Positions 1 to 11,200 of a DNA stretch of 64,000 nucleotides are shown in pieces. Source of the stretch: Nannocystis bainbridge (GTDB lineage Bacteria > Myxococcota_A > Polyangia > Nannocystales > Nannocystaceae). Numbering within the stretch: position 1 is the stretch's first letter; each line of letters begins with the position of its first letter. The position numbers were made by a program, and so were the translations under genes. Location: contig NZ_JAQNDL010000003.1 in the NCBI RefSeq assembly GCF_028368995.1, positions 448,001-512,000 on the forward strand, given 5' to 3'. Below the pieces are notes generated by a model, which was not told where the DNA came from, did no database searches, and saw nothing but the letters and a program-made list of their open reading frames with translations.

Positions 1-336
1 CGCCGCGCCGCACCACTGGTCGAGCGGCGCGCCGTCGATGAAGGCCGTGGCGATGTAATAACCGTGCGGGGTCTTGTCGCAGTCGATGAACTCGGCGATG
101 TGCGGGTGCCTCAGCCTGGCGAGGATCCTGCCCTCACGATAGAACCTCTCCTCGCTGGCCGCGTCGAGCTCGGGGTGGAGCACCTTCACCGCGATCGTCC
201 CGCCGCCTCGCAGGTCGTGCGCGCGATACATGCTCGCCGTCTCGTTGTCGTAGATGCGAGCTTCGAGCCGGAAGCGATCGCCCAACACGCAGCCGGCGAG
301 ATCGACGCGAGCAGGCGAGCGAGGTGAGGGCGGCAT
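1..336 (-). CDS. Ser/Thr protein kinase, N-terminal part (runs off window start)
   Basis: Hand translation from ATG 336: MPPSPRSPARVDLAGCVLGDRFRLEARIYDNETASMYRAHDLRGGGTIAVKVLHPE...FYREGRILARLRHPHIAEFID...YYIATAFIDGAPL; kinase subdomains II-V. Not in the ORF track because it is truncated. Confidence 0.85.
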   Translation of the reverse strand, partial: MPPSPRSPARVDLAGCVLGDRFRLEARIYDNETASMYRAHDLRGGGTIAVKVLHPELDAASEERFYREGRILARLRHPHIAEFIDCDKTPHGYYIATAFIDGAPLDQWCGAA

Positions 337-427
337 CCCCGTGAGCGTGGCGTGACGCGGTCGAACAGGTCAACCGCACCGCGAGGCCAGCATGGACACG
401 CGCGCCGAGGTCGGCGACAACGAGGCC

Positions 428-1294
428 ATGTCGCTCCGCGCCGCGCTGTCCCTCGTGCTCGCCGGCCCCGCTCTCGCGGCTCCTCCCGGCGCGCCGCTCA
501 TCCCGCCGGACGCCGACAACGTCGCCCTGTGGGACCACCTGAACGCCGCCGATCCGTCGCTCACGACGGCGCCGGCGCCGGTCGAGCGCGCCGTCGCGGT
601 GGCCGAGCTCGCCGAGGCCAGGCTCGCCGGGGCGGACGCCGTCGACGTGATCGAGCTGCTCATGCTCGCGAGCGGAGCCCGCCGCGTCGCCTACCAGCGC
701 ACCGATGGAACGCAGCGCGGTCTACATCTTTGCGCCCTGCTGCACGACGCGGAGGTGGTGCTCGGCCGCCCGGAGCTGGCCTCCGCGGTCGTCGAGTCGG
801 CCACCAAGTTCCGCGACGAGGCGCGAGCTGGTCTCACGAGTCACCCGACCGCGCCCTGCGTGGCACCTGCGAGTGTGAGCAACGAAATAAAAGCAGTACC
901 CGAAGGCCCTGCGCCGCTCACCGAGACGGCTGACGCTCCGCCGCCCCGCCGACCCATCGCGAAGCTCGCCGCCGGCTCCGCCCTCGCGGTCGTCGGCGTG
1001 GCACTGGCGTGCGGCGCCTTCGCCAGCCTGGCCGGTCGACGCCGCGCCGACGTTTCCATCGCCGAGCTCAACGCCGCCTGGGTCGCCGAAGATCGCAGCC
1101 CGACCCTGCAAGAGCTCGAGCTCGGCGCCGCGGCGAACCGTCGCTACGAACGGCTCGGGACGGCGGCGTTGGTGCTTGGCATCGCCGGAGGTGTAAGCCT
1201 GCTTACAGGCCTTGCAGTGGCCCTCGCTCCGCAGCGCGCCGCCTCACGCGCGCGAGTTCGCGCCAGCGGCGCTGGGCTCGTATATACCTTCTGA
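428..1294 (+). CDS. Secreted/membrane hypothetical protein (module gene A)
   Basis: N-terminal hydrophobic signal, helical domain with HLC motif, Pro linker, two C-terminal hydrophobic segments ending GAGLVYTF; paralog of 57991-58854. Alternative start 392. Confidence 0.75.
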   Translation: MSLRAALSLVLAGPALAAPPGAPLIPPDADNVALWDHLNAADPSLTTAPAPVERAVAVAELAEARLAGADAVDVIELLMLASGARRVAYQRTDGTQRGLHLCALLHDAEVVLGRPELASAVVESATKFRDEARAGLTSHPTAPCVAPASVSNEIKAVPEGPAPLTETADAPPPRRPIAKLAAGSALAVVGVALACGAFASLAGRRRADVSIAELNAAWVAEDRSPTLQELELGAAANRRYERLGTAALVLGIAGGVSLLTGLAVALAPQRAASRARVRASGAGLVYTF

Positions 1295-1315
1295 AGCGCC
1301 CGCCGGGAGCTCTCG

Positions 1316-2989
1316 ATGGTCCTCCGCCTCTGCCTCTCCCTTGTCCTCGCCCTCGTCACGCTCGCCGGCTGCACCGCGGACGCTCCGTCGTACGCCGCGC
1401 TGACGGCCGCCGCGAATCTGTCCGAAGGGACAGGCAGCACCACCACCGAATCGACGACGCACCTCCCCGCGGACACGACCGCGCCGTCGACGACGACGGG
1501 CGCGACCATGGGCGCGGCGGACAGCGGCACGAGCGACGCGAGCGCGAGCGAGGCCGGCCCGACCACCGCCGACGACGCCGAACTGCTGCCGCCGCAGATC
1601 CTCGCGGTCGACATGCCCGACGCGGTCCACATGGCCGGGCCGGTCGCGGTGCAGGTGACCGCCGAGCGCGCGACTGCGGTCCGGGCCACGCTCGACGGGC
1701 TCGAGCTGGCGCCGTTCGTGGATCAGGGCGGCGGCGTGTGGCTCGGCGCGGTGCCGATCTTCGGCTCGGTCGACGAAGGTGATCACGTGGTCGAGGTGAC
1801 GGCGACCCACGGGCCGCTGCTCGCCACCTGGCCGCCGCTGTCGCTCTCGGTCTCGACGCCGGAGCCGGGCACGCAGGCGTGGGCGGTGCTCGCCCCGCCG
1901 GCCTCGACGACGCGGCGGGCGGCGGTCACCCCCGAGGGCGATCTGCTCGAGGTCGGCGCCTCGGAGGTCGAAGGCGTGATGAAGCCGGCGATCCGCAAGC
2001 GCTCCGCCAAGAACGGCGGCGAGCCGTGGCCCGAGGGCACGATCGTGCTCGACGCCCGCGAAGGCTCGGCGGACGCGATCGCGGTGCGGGCCGACGGGTG
2101 GATGTGGGTGGCGATGAACGTCGCCGACCCCAACAATAAAAAGTGGCAGCCGCGGATCGTCCTGCTCGACGCCGAAGGCCACGCGACGGGCGTCGAAGCA
2201 CCGACCGAACCCGGACCCTCGGTGCGTGGCATCGCGGCGACCGAGGACGGCGGGTTCTTCGCGGTAGGCTTCGGCGCATCGGGTTTCGGAGACATCGACG
2301 TCGCGCACTGGCGGATGACCGGCGAGGACGTGGCGACCGCGACGGCGAAGCGGTGGGACTACTGGCCCATGGGCAACAAGGCCTTCCAGCACACGTTCGA
2401 CGACATGGCCTTCGACGTCGTCGTTACAGATGGTGTCGCCTGGGTGGTCGGCGCGAGCACTGGTGACCACGATGAGCTCAAAATAAAACTGACCCGTGGC
2501 TTCGTCGTGCGCCTGGACGTGGAAACCGGCGCGCAGCTCGGACCCGGGTTTGTCGCCGCGCCCGTGACGTTGTGGCGTCACAGCATGTTCCTCGCCGCAA
2601 GTCACCATCCCGACGGTGTCATCGTCACTGGCAACGAGAGCACCATCGATGGCATCGACCAGCGAATCACGGTCCAGGCGTTCGACGCCAGCGGCGCGCG
2701 CATTTACCACAAGAGTGAATGGATCGCGACCGTCGCGTATGGGACCGGCGTCGCGTGGAGCGTCCACGGAGCCGTCCTTGCCACCGGCGCCGTGCACGAC
2801 GGCGACGGACTCCGCGGCATCCTCTACGGTCGCGGGGCACCCGGCCTCAACTTCGATCACTGGTTCCCCGGAACTGAGCCCTCCGCGGCGAATGGGCTCG
2901 CCCTGGACGCCTACGAACAGGTGTACCTGGTCGGCGAACGAACCATCGGCGGCGTGCGGCAGGCACGAGCCGCACGGATCCACCGATAA
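1316..2989 (+). CDS. Lipoprotein with Thr/Ser linker, Ig-like region and probable beta-propeller (module gene B)
   Basis: Lipobox LAGC, Thr-rich linker, beta-rich repeats; clear paralog of 56311-57966. Confidence 0.8.
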   Translation: MVLRLCLSLVLALVTLAGCTADAPSYAALTAAANLSEGTGSTTTESTTHLPADTTAPSTTTGATMGAADSGTSDASASEAGPTTADDAELLPPQILAVDMPDAVHMAGPVAVQVTAERATAVRATLDGLELAPFVDQGGGVWLGAVPIFGSVDEGDHVVEVTATHGPLLATWPPLSLSVSTPEPGTQAWAVLAPPASTTRRAAVTPEGDLLEVGASEVEGVMKPAIRKRSAKNGGEPWPEGTIVLDAREGSADAIAVRADGWMWVAMNVADPNNKKWQPRIVLLDAEGHATGVEAPTEPGPSVRGIAATEDGGFFAVGFGASGFGDIDVAHWRMTGEDVATATAKRWDYWPMGNKAFQHTFDDMAFDVVVTDGVAWVVGASTGDHDELKIKLTRGFVVRLDVETGAQLGPGFVAAPVTLWRHSMFLAASHHPDGVIVTGNESTIDGIDQRITVQAFDASGARIYHKSEWIATVAYGTGVAWSVHGAVLATGAVHDGDGLRGILYGRGAPGLNFDHWFPGTEPSAANGLALDAYEQVYLVGERTIGGVRQARAARIHR

Positions 2990-2996
2990 GCGCCGC

Positions 2997-4094
2997 TCAC
3001 TGCGGTATGAAACTGTTGCACGCCTCTTGGACGAGGCTCGCGGCGGCGCCGTTGAAAAACGTCGCGTACTGCTCTGCGCAGCAGTCGCCGTCATCGTGAT
3101 AGGGGAACTGTTCGATCACGTCCGTCAGGTGCATCGGGCCGGGGGGGTCGTTGTAGGTGCAGCCCGGAACCGGCTCACCCACAAGCAACTGCGGCACGAT
3201 GGCGAGGGCGACGATCGCATCCTCGTCGCCGCCCTTTGCTGCCACCACGGCATCGCGGACTTTCTTCGCGCTCAGGATCGATTGGTCGTCCTCGCGATCC
3301 ATGATGAACACGAACACCAGGAGCGCGTCGGGCCGCAGAAAGCCGGCGTTACAGCCGTCGGGCCCGTTGAGCTCGGGCGAGAGCGCCGCGACCAGCGAGT
3401 CGGCCAGCGGCGGATCGGCCCCCCATGTACCCACCTGCGCGATGCACTTGAACGCCTCGATCGGGTCCGGCTCCCCCGCGATGATGTAGCGGTTGCCACC
3501 GTACAGGTCACAAGGCTTGTTGTACGCGTAGGCGCCTGCGTTGAACACGAGCCCTGCGCCCCGGGTCTTGTCGCACGTCCAAACTTGATCGACGTACTTC
3601 CCGCACTCGTAGTCGGGGGCGTACTCACCGCAGTTGCCCATGTTCAAACAGAAATCCGGCGATTCGCATTGCTGGCCGCGCCACATCTTGTCGGCGTTGA
3701 TCGAGATGACGTGCGGATCGAAGTCGGCGAAGTCGTTCGCTATGGTCTCCATGAAACCGGGCAGGCTGGCGATGAGCTGTTCCTGCTCGGTCACCATCGT
3801 GTGCAGCGCCGAGATCGCGAACACGAAGTCGATCTTGCCCTTGCAGCCCGCGGGTGTCGGATCGCCGAGGTCCGGCGGCAGTTGCATGTCGAACGTCGAC
3901 GCTGCGCCCGAGTCGCTCGCCGCGCTGCTGTCCTCCGAGCTGCCGCTGGTGGACGTCGAGGTCGAACTCATCGTCGTGTCCGAGCTGCTCGAGGTATGCG
4001 CCACCGAAGTGACGCCCGGGCCCGTCGAGAACCCCGGCGAGTTGTCGGCGCCGCAGCCGAGCGCGAGGACAGCGGCGAGGACGAGGGGACGCAT
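2997..4094 (-). CDS. Cys-rich VWA-like lipoprotein (module gene C, copy 1)
   Basis: Lipobox ALGC, Ser/Thr linker, GCKGKIDFVFAIS and NAGFLRPDALLVFVFI..EDD motifs typical of myxobacterial VWA-like lipoproteins. Confidence 0.8.
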   Translation of the reverse strand: MRPLVLAAVLALGCGADNSPGFSTGPGVTSVAHTSSSSDTTMSSTSTSTSGSSEDSSAASDSGAASTFDMQLPPDLGDPTPAGCKGKIDFVFAISALHTMVTEQEQLIASLPGFMETIANDFADFDPHVISINADKMWRGQQCESPDFCLNMGNCGEYAPDYECGKYVDQVWTCDKTRGAGLVFNAGAYAYNKPCDLYGGNRYIIAGEPDPIEAFKCIAQVGTWGADPPLADSLVAALSPELNGPDGCNAGFLRPDALLVFVFIMDREDDQSILSAKKVRDAVVAAKGGDEDAIVALAIVPQLLVGEPVPGCTYNDPPGPMHLTDVIEQFPYHDDGDCCAEQYATFFNGAAASLVQEACNSFIPQ

Positions 4095-4366
4095 GCCGTT
4101 CAGAGCCTAGCTCGGCCAGGCGCGCGATGTCACGCATTTCTGCGTCCGCACCGCTCTGGTGGCCATCAGCCTCGCCTCCGGAACCGGTGCGCCTGAACAG
4201 CTTCCGCCGGTCGTCGAGGCCGCCTCGGGCAGCGACCTCTGTCTCCGGGCGCGAGCCACTGCCCCGGGCCGCGAGTGGAGGTCACCGCATCCCATCCTCT
4301 TCTTCGGCAGCAGCGGAAGCATCCGTGCCTCGGTGCACGGCATCGCGGCGACCGAGGACGGCGGCT

Positions 4367-5464
4367 TCACTGCGGTATGAAGCTGTTGCACGCCTCGTGC
4401 ACGAGGCTCGCGGCGGCGCCGTTGAAGAACGGCGCGTAGTTCTCCGCGCATACGTCGCCATCGTCGTGGTAGGGGAACTGCTCGATTACCTCGATCAAGT
4501 GCTGGGGACCCGGAGGATCATTGTAGGTGCAGCCCATGACCGGGTCGCCCACAAGCAACTGCGGGACGATCGCCAGCGCGACGACGGCGTCTTCGTCGCC
4601 CCCCTTCGCCGCCATGACGGCATCCCGGACCTTCTTCGCACTCAAGGTCGATTCGTCATCCTCGTTGTCCTTGATGAGCACGAACACCAGGAGCGCGTCG
4701 GGCCGCAGAAAGCCGGCGTTGCAGCCCTCGGGCCCGTTCATGTCGGGCGTAAGCGCCGCGACCAGCGAATCGGCGAGCGGTGAATCGTCGCCGAACGTGC
4801 CCACCTGCGCGATGCACTTGAACGCCTCGATCGGGTCCGGCTCCTCCGCGATGATATAGCGGTTCCCACCGTACAGGTCACAAGGCTTGTTGTACGCGTA
4901 GGCGCCCGCGTTGAACACGAGCCCTGCGCCCCGGGTCTTGTCGCACGTCCAAACTTGATCGACGTACTTCCCGCACTCGTAGTCGGGGGCGTACTCACCG
5001 CAGTTGCCCATGTTCAAACAGAAATCAGGCGACTCGCACTGCTGGCCGCGCCACATCTTGTCGGCGTTGATCGAGATGACGTGCGGATCGAAGTCGGCGA
5101 AGTCGTTCGCTATGGTCTCCATGAAGCCGGGCAGGCTGGCGATGAGCTGTTCCTGCTCGGTCACCATCGTGTGCAGCGCCGAGATCGCGAACACGAAGTC
5201 GATCTTGCCCTTGCAGCCCGCGGGTGTCGGATCGCCGAGGTCCGGCGGCAGTTGCATGTCGAACGTCGACGCCGCGCCCGAGCCGCTCGCCGCGCTGCTG
5301 TCCTCCGAGCTGCCGCTGGTGGACGTCGAAGTCGAAGTCATCATCATGTCCGAGCTGCTCGAGGTATGCGCCACCGAAGTGACGCCCGGGCCCGTCGAGA
5401 ACCCCGGCGAGTTGTCGGCGCCGCAGCCGAGCGCGAGGACAGCGGCGAGGACGAGGGGACGCAT
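4367..5464 (-). CDS. Cys-rich VWA-like lipoprotein (module gene C, tandem copy 2)
   Basis: Same length (365 aa) and near-identical N-terminal two thirds relative to 2997-4094. Confidence 0.8.
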   Translation of the reverse strand: MRPLVLAAVLALGCGADNSPGFSTGPGVTSVAHTSSSSDMMMTSTSTSTSGSSEDSSAASGSGAASTFDMQLPPDLGDPTPAGCKGKIDFVFAISALHTMVTEQEQLIASLPGFMETIANDFADFDPHVISINADKMWRGQQCESPDFCLNMGNCGEYAPDYECGKYVDQVWTCDKTRGAGLVFNAGAYAYNKPCDLYGGNRYIIAEEPDPIEAFKCIAQVGTFGDDSPLADSLVAALTPDMNGPEGCNAGFLRPDALLVFVLIKDNEDDESTLSAKKVRDAVMAAKGGDEDAVVALAIVPQLLVGDPVMGCTYNDPPGPQHLIEVIEQFPYHDDGDVCAENYAPFFNGAAASLVHEACNSFIPQ

Positions 5465-5747
5465 GCCGTTTGGAGCCTAGCCCGGCCAGGCGCGCGATGT
5501 CACGCATTTCTGCGTCGGCGTCATCCTGTCGCCCGGTCGCCTCGCCTCCTCGACCTGTGCGCCTGGGCGGCTTGCGTCGGCCTTGCCGGTCGTCGAGGCC
5601 GCCTCGGGCAGCGACCTCTGTCTCCGGGCGCGAGCCACTGCCTCGGGCCGCGAGTGGAGGTCACCGCATCCCATCCTCTTCTTCGGCAGCAGCAGAGGCA
5701 TTCATCACCGACTGCATGAGACCCGCGCCCTCACCGATGAGCGTCTC

Positions 5748-5792
5748 TCACCGGGGGACGAAGCTCCTCCACGCCCCGTGGACGAGGCTCGG
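5748..5792 (-). pseudogene. Degenerate 3' end remnant of a further gene C copy
   Basis: ctcaccgggggacgaagctcctccacgccccgtggacgaggctcg resembles ctcactgcggtatgaaactgttgcacgcctcttggacgaggctcg at 2996-3040. Confidence 0.45.
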
Positions 5793-5828
5793 CATTCGGA
5801 CGACGCGCATGCTCTTGCTTCCTCATGT

Positions 5829-5863
5829 TACATGTCCCTTTCGACATGTCCCTTAAAACATCC
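5829..5863. repeat. TGTC-N6-GACA 14-bp box array
   Basis: CATG/CATC cores at 5831, 5845, 5859. Confidence 0.8.
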
Positions 5864-5889
5864 TCGACGCGAGCTCGACGCGTCCTCGC

Positions 5890-6453
5890 TCACAGCCACG
5901 ACCCGAGCGTCAGCGACAGGGTCAGCGTCTCGGCCACGCCTCTGCCCTTGAACTGCACCATGTCGATCGCCCCCTCGGCTCCGATGAGGAACCGCTTGCC
6001 GACCCGGCCCCAGATGCCGACGCCGAGCCCGTAGTGATACGCATCGGCCGCGCCGACCTCGACGCGCGCCCGTCCGGTCGCGAACCGGTGGCTGTAGCCG
6101 CCGCGCAGCAGCATGTAGCCGAACGCCCGGCGGTTGACCGCGCCGAGCCGCAGCTCCGGCGCCAGGTGCAGCGTGCGGTCGAACCCGGTGGTCCGGCGGT
6201 CGACCATCTCGTAGCCGGCGCGGCCGCCGAACGCGACAGCGAACCCGCCGCTGGCCCGGAACACCCCGATCGACCCGCCGATCGCCGCGCCCGGGCGATA
6301 GTCCGCCAGCACGAACGCCGCCGGGTCGACGCGCAGGTAGCCGCGCAGGCAGCCCATCGCCTGTCCTTCGCGCCAGCCCGGGCACCGCGGCTCCGCGGCG
6401 GCCGCCGCCGGCACCAGCCCGATCCACAGCCCCAAAAGTGGCGCCCAGCGCAT
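5890..6453 (-). CDS. Putative small outer-membrane beta-barrel protein
   Basis: Signal peptide MRWAPLLGLWIGLVPAAAAAE, alternating Gly/aromatic beta strands, C-terminus LSLTLGSWL. Confidence 0.7.
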   Translation of the reverse strand: MRWAPLLGLWIGLVPAAAAAEPRCPGWREGQAMGCLRGYLRVDPAAFVLADYRPGAAIGGSIGVFRASGGFAVAFGGRAGYEMVDRRTTGFDRTLHLAPELRLGAVNRRAFGYMLLRGGYSHRFATGRARVEVGAADAYHYGLGVGIWGRVGKRFLIGAEGAIDMVQFKGRGVAETLTLSLTLGSWL

Positions 6454-6600
6454 CGACCGGACACTGTGACCGCACTCTTGCGCGCAGCAATCGCCGCCCG
6501 CGAGCCCAGCGACGCGGCGCACAGGCGATAATTGCGCCCCGTCACGCGCCCGCCTCTTTACGCCCCGCGCGCCTCTGCTAGCCTGCGCGCCACGAATCGC

Positions 6601-7020
6601 ATGCAACGCACCTTCGCCATCATCAAGCCAGACGCCGTCGCCGCCGGTCACCAGGGCGGGATCCTCGCCGCGCTTCAGGAGTCCGGCCTGCGCCTCGTCG
6701 CCATCAAGGCCATTCGCCTCTCCACCGCCCAGGCCGAGGGCTTCTACGCGGTCCACTCGGCCCGCCCGTTCTTCCGCAGCCTCGTCACCTTCATGACCGA
6801 GGGTCCGGTGGTCGCCATGGTCCTCGAGGGCGAGGACGCCATCGCCAAGTGGCGCGGCCTGATGGGCCCGACCGACGCCACCAAGGCCGGCAAGGAGACC
6901 CTCCGCGGCCGCTTCGGCACCAGCATCGAGCGCAACGCCACCCACGGCTCCGACGCGCCCGACACCGCCGCCTACGAGATCGGCTTCTTCTTCAGCGGCC
7001 TCGAGCTCGCCGGCCTGTGA
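6601..7020 (+). CDS. ndk: Nucleoside diphosphate kinase
   Basis: [13 protein letters not shown] start and NATHGSD active-site motif; sits upstream of rlmN as in many bacteria. Confidence 0.97.
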   Translation: MQRTFAIIKPDAVAAGHQGGILAALQESGLRLVAIKAIRLSTAQAEGFYAVHSARPFFRSLVTFMTEGPVVAMVLEGEDAIAKWRGLMGPTDATKAGKETLRGRFGTSIERNATHGSDAPDTAAYEIGFFFSGLELAGL

Positions 7021-7051
7021 GCCGCCCGGGCGCCCTCGCATCACCTGTCCC

Positions 7052-8203
<1,152 letters not shown>

Positions 8204-8271
8204 CACCGGACCGCGCGGCCCGAATCCGCGCGTGGGGCCGCGGCGGCCGGCGTGGTAGCCTGCGGCCCGAC

Positions 8272-11200
8272 GTGGCCGGCCCCGGAGACACCCAAGCGCC
8301 CCGCGCCGGCGCCTCGGAGCTGGACGCGACCACGGCCCCGCCCGCGCTTTCGGCCAGGGACCCGCTCGCCACCGTCGCCAGCGCCAGGCCAGCCCCGCCG
8401 GTCCACGACCCGCTCGCCACCGTCGCCAGCGCCAGGCCGGCCCCGCCGGTCCACGACCCGCTCGCCACGATCGCCAGCGCCAAGCCGCAGTGGGACGCCC
8501 CCGCGCCGGGCGAGCGCGACGCCGCCGGTCCGCCGCGGATCGGTCGCTTCGTGGTCCTGCGCGAGGTCGGCCGCGGCGCGATGGGGGTCGTCTACGCCGG
8601 CTACGACGAGGAGCTCGACCGCCGCGTCGCGCTCAAGTTGGTCCAGACCAGCGGCCACGACGACCCCTCGTTCGGCCGCGCCCAGCTGCTGCGCGAGGCC
8701 CAGGCGCTGGCCCGCCTCACCCACCCCAACGTCGTCGCCGTCCACGAGGCCGGCGAGTTCCGCGGCGCCGTCTTCATCGCCATGGAGTACGTCGACGGCG
8801 TCGACCTCCACCGCTGGCTGGCGCAGGCGCCCCGCAGCTGGCGCGAGATCGTCGCCGCTCTGCGCCAGGCCGGCGAGGGCCTGCGCGCCGCCCACGACGG
8901 CGGCCTGGTCCACCGCGACTTCAAGCCGAGCAACGTGCTCGTCGGCGCCGACGGCCGCGTCCGCGTCGCCGACTTCGGGCTCGCCACCCGGCGCGGAAGG
9001 ACAGGTTCTTCGGGACATGTCCCGAAGACCACGTCACCGCTGATCACCGCCGAGGCCCTGGCGACCCTCGCCGGCAGCGGCGCGCTGATCGGCACCCCCG
9101 CTTACATGGCGCCGGAGCAGCTGCGACGCGAGCCGGCCACCGCCGCCAGCGACCAGTTCGCGTTCTGCGTCACCCTCTACGAGGCGCTGTACGGCCGGCG
9201 CCCGTTCACCGGCGACACCCTCGAGGTCCTCGCCGAGCACGTGCTGCACGCCGAGCCGCCGCCGGCCGCGCCCGACCCGCGCGTGCCGCAGTGGCTGCAC
9301 GCCGTGCTCGTGCGCGGCCTGGCCAAGGATCCCGCGCGCCGCCACGCCGGCATGGCCGAGCTGCTCGAGCTGCTCGGCCGCGATCCCGAGGCCGAGCGCC
9401 GGCGCACCCGTCAGCGGCTGCTGCAGATCGCCGTCGCCGTGGCCGCCACCGTGATCGTCGTGCTCGGCGGCGTCGCGGCCACCCGCGCGCTGGTCCGCGC
9501 CACCGACGAGCGCCGCGCCGAGGCCCGCCTCGACGTGCTGCGCGGCCAGCTCACCGCCCTCACCGTCGCCCGCAAGCCCGACGAGGCCGCCCGCCTGTTC
9601 GCCGCCTTCGCCGCCCTGCCCGACAACCGCGGCACCGCGGCCCTGGCCCGCGCCTACCGCGAGTGGGGCGAGGCCCAGACCGACCCCGCCGCCGCCATCG
9701 ACGCCCACGCCGGCGCCTACATCGCCGCGCGCACCCGCGAGGACCAGGCCGCCGCCCTGCGCCTGCTCGCCCTGCGCCTCGCCGACAGCCGCAACTTCAC
9801 CGCCGCGGCCGCCGCCGTGGCCGCCCTCGACGCCCGCGCCCCCGAGCTCGCCGGCGACCCCCAGCTCGCCGGCCTGCGCCTGGCCGCCGCCCTCGACCGC
9901 CGCGACCTGCCGGCCGCCCGCGCCGCCCTCGACCGCCTGCCGGGCGACGATCCGAGGAGGTCTTACGGACATGTCCTTGAGAACATGTCCTCGGGGACAT
10001 TCATCGCCCGCACCGCGATCGGCCAGCGCCGCGGGGTCGACCCCGAGTTCACCGTCGGCGACTTCGACGGCGACGGCCGCCTCGAGCTGGCCACCCACGC
10101 CGACCAGCGCGAGTCGGTGGTGGTGCTGCGCGCCGACCCGAGCCTCACGCGCGTGGCCGAGGTGCCGGCCCCCGGCCTCGCCGCCGCCGCACGCATCTTG
10201 CCGCCCGCGCTCGGCGGCGAACCACTGCTGCTGCTCGGGTTCGAGAACCCTGGCGGCATCGGCGACGCCTTCGTCCGCTACGCCGTCCACCCCGCGCACG
10301 CCGGCCCGAAACTTCACGAGTGGCTCGACAGCGCGGTCCTCGGGGCCGCCGTCGCCGACCTCGACGGTGACGGCCGGGCCGAGCTCTACACCGGCAGCGG
10401 CCCGTACGCCCGCAAGCTGCGGCAGACCGCTCTGGATCCTCAAGGCGCGTGGCAGACCCGGCCCGCCCACCCCTCGACTGACGCCGCCATCTCCGACATC
10501 AACGCCGTGCTCGCCGGCGACCTCGACGGCGACGGCCGGGCCGAGCTCGTGGTCGTCGCCGGCCCGTGGTCGGCCTACGACGTCCGCGTGTTGCAGGCCG
10601 GCGACGACGGCCGCCTGCGCATGCTGGCCCGCCGCAGCCTCGGCTTCGTCGAGTCGGCGGTGCTGCTGCGGGCCGGCGGCGAGCTGCGGATCGCCGCCAC
10701 CAAGCGCGACGACTACCCCAACCCCGGCCGCTTCTCCGAGGCCGCCCCGTACGGCGAACCCGAGGGCCTCTACGTGCTCGCGCTCGACGGCGACACGCTG
10801 GCCACGCGCCAGCACTTCGCGCTGCCCGAGGGCGCCGAGCCGCGCTCCGGGCCTCGCTGGCTGCGCGTCGTCGACCTCGACGGCGACGGCGTCGACGACC
10901 TCGTGGCCGAGAGCGCGCACGACCTGGCGATCCACCGCGGCGACGGCGAGGCCTTGCAGGCGCCGCTGCGGCTCGCCGGCGTGCACGTGCGCGCCGCCGC
11001 CGACTTCGACGCCGACCCCGCTCACGAGCTCCTGGTCGTCTTGCCCGGCGACGGCGACAACCTCGTCATCCTCGGCGCCGGCGACACCCCGCTGCCCGCC
11101 ATCGACCGCCCCGAGCCCGAGGCCCGGCCGATCGGCGCCGTCTCCGACCCCGCGCTCGTCGACGCCTGGCAGCACGCCGAGGAGCTGGCCGCCATCGGCC

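Larger units (their letters stand above)
2997..5700. repeat. Tandem duplication, unit about 1370 bp (gene C plus upstream region)
   Basis: 2997-4320 aligns with 4367-5697, including a ~115-bp non-coding block at 4205-4320 and 5584-5697. Confidence 0.9.

Noticed and set aside
4205-4320. Repeated 115-bp block as a MITE or IS end
   Set aside because: No terminal inverted repeats or target duplication seen; explained by the tandem duplication.
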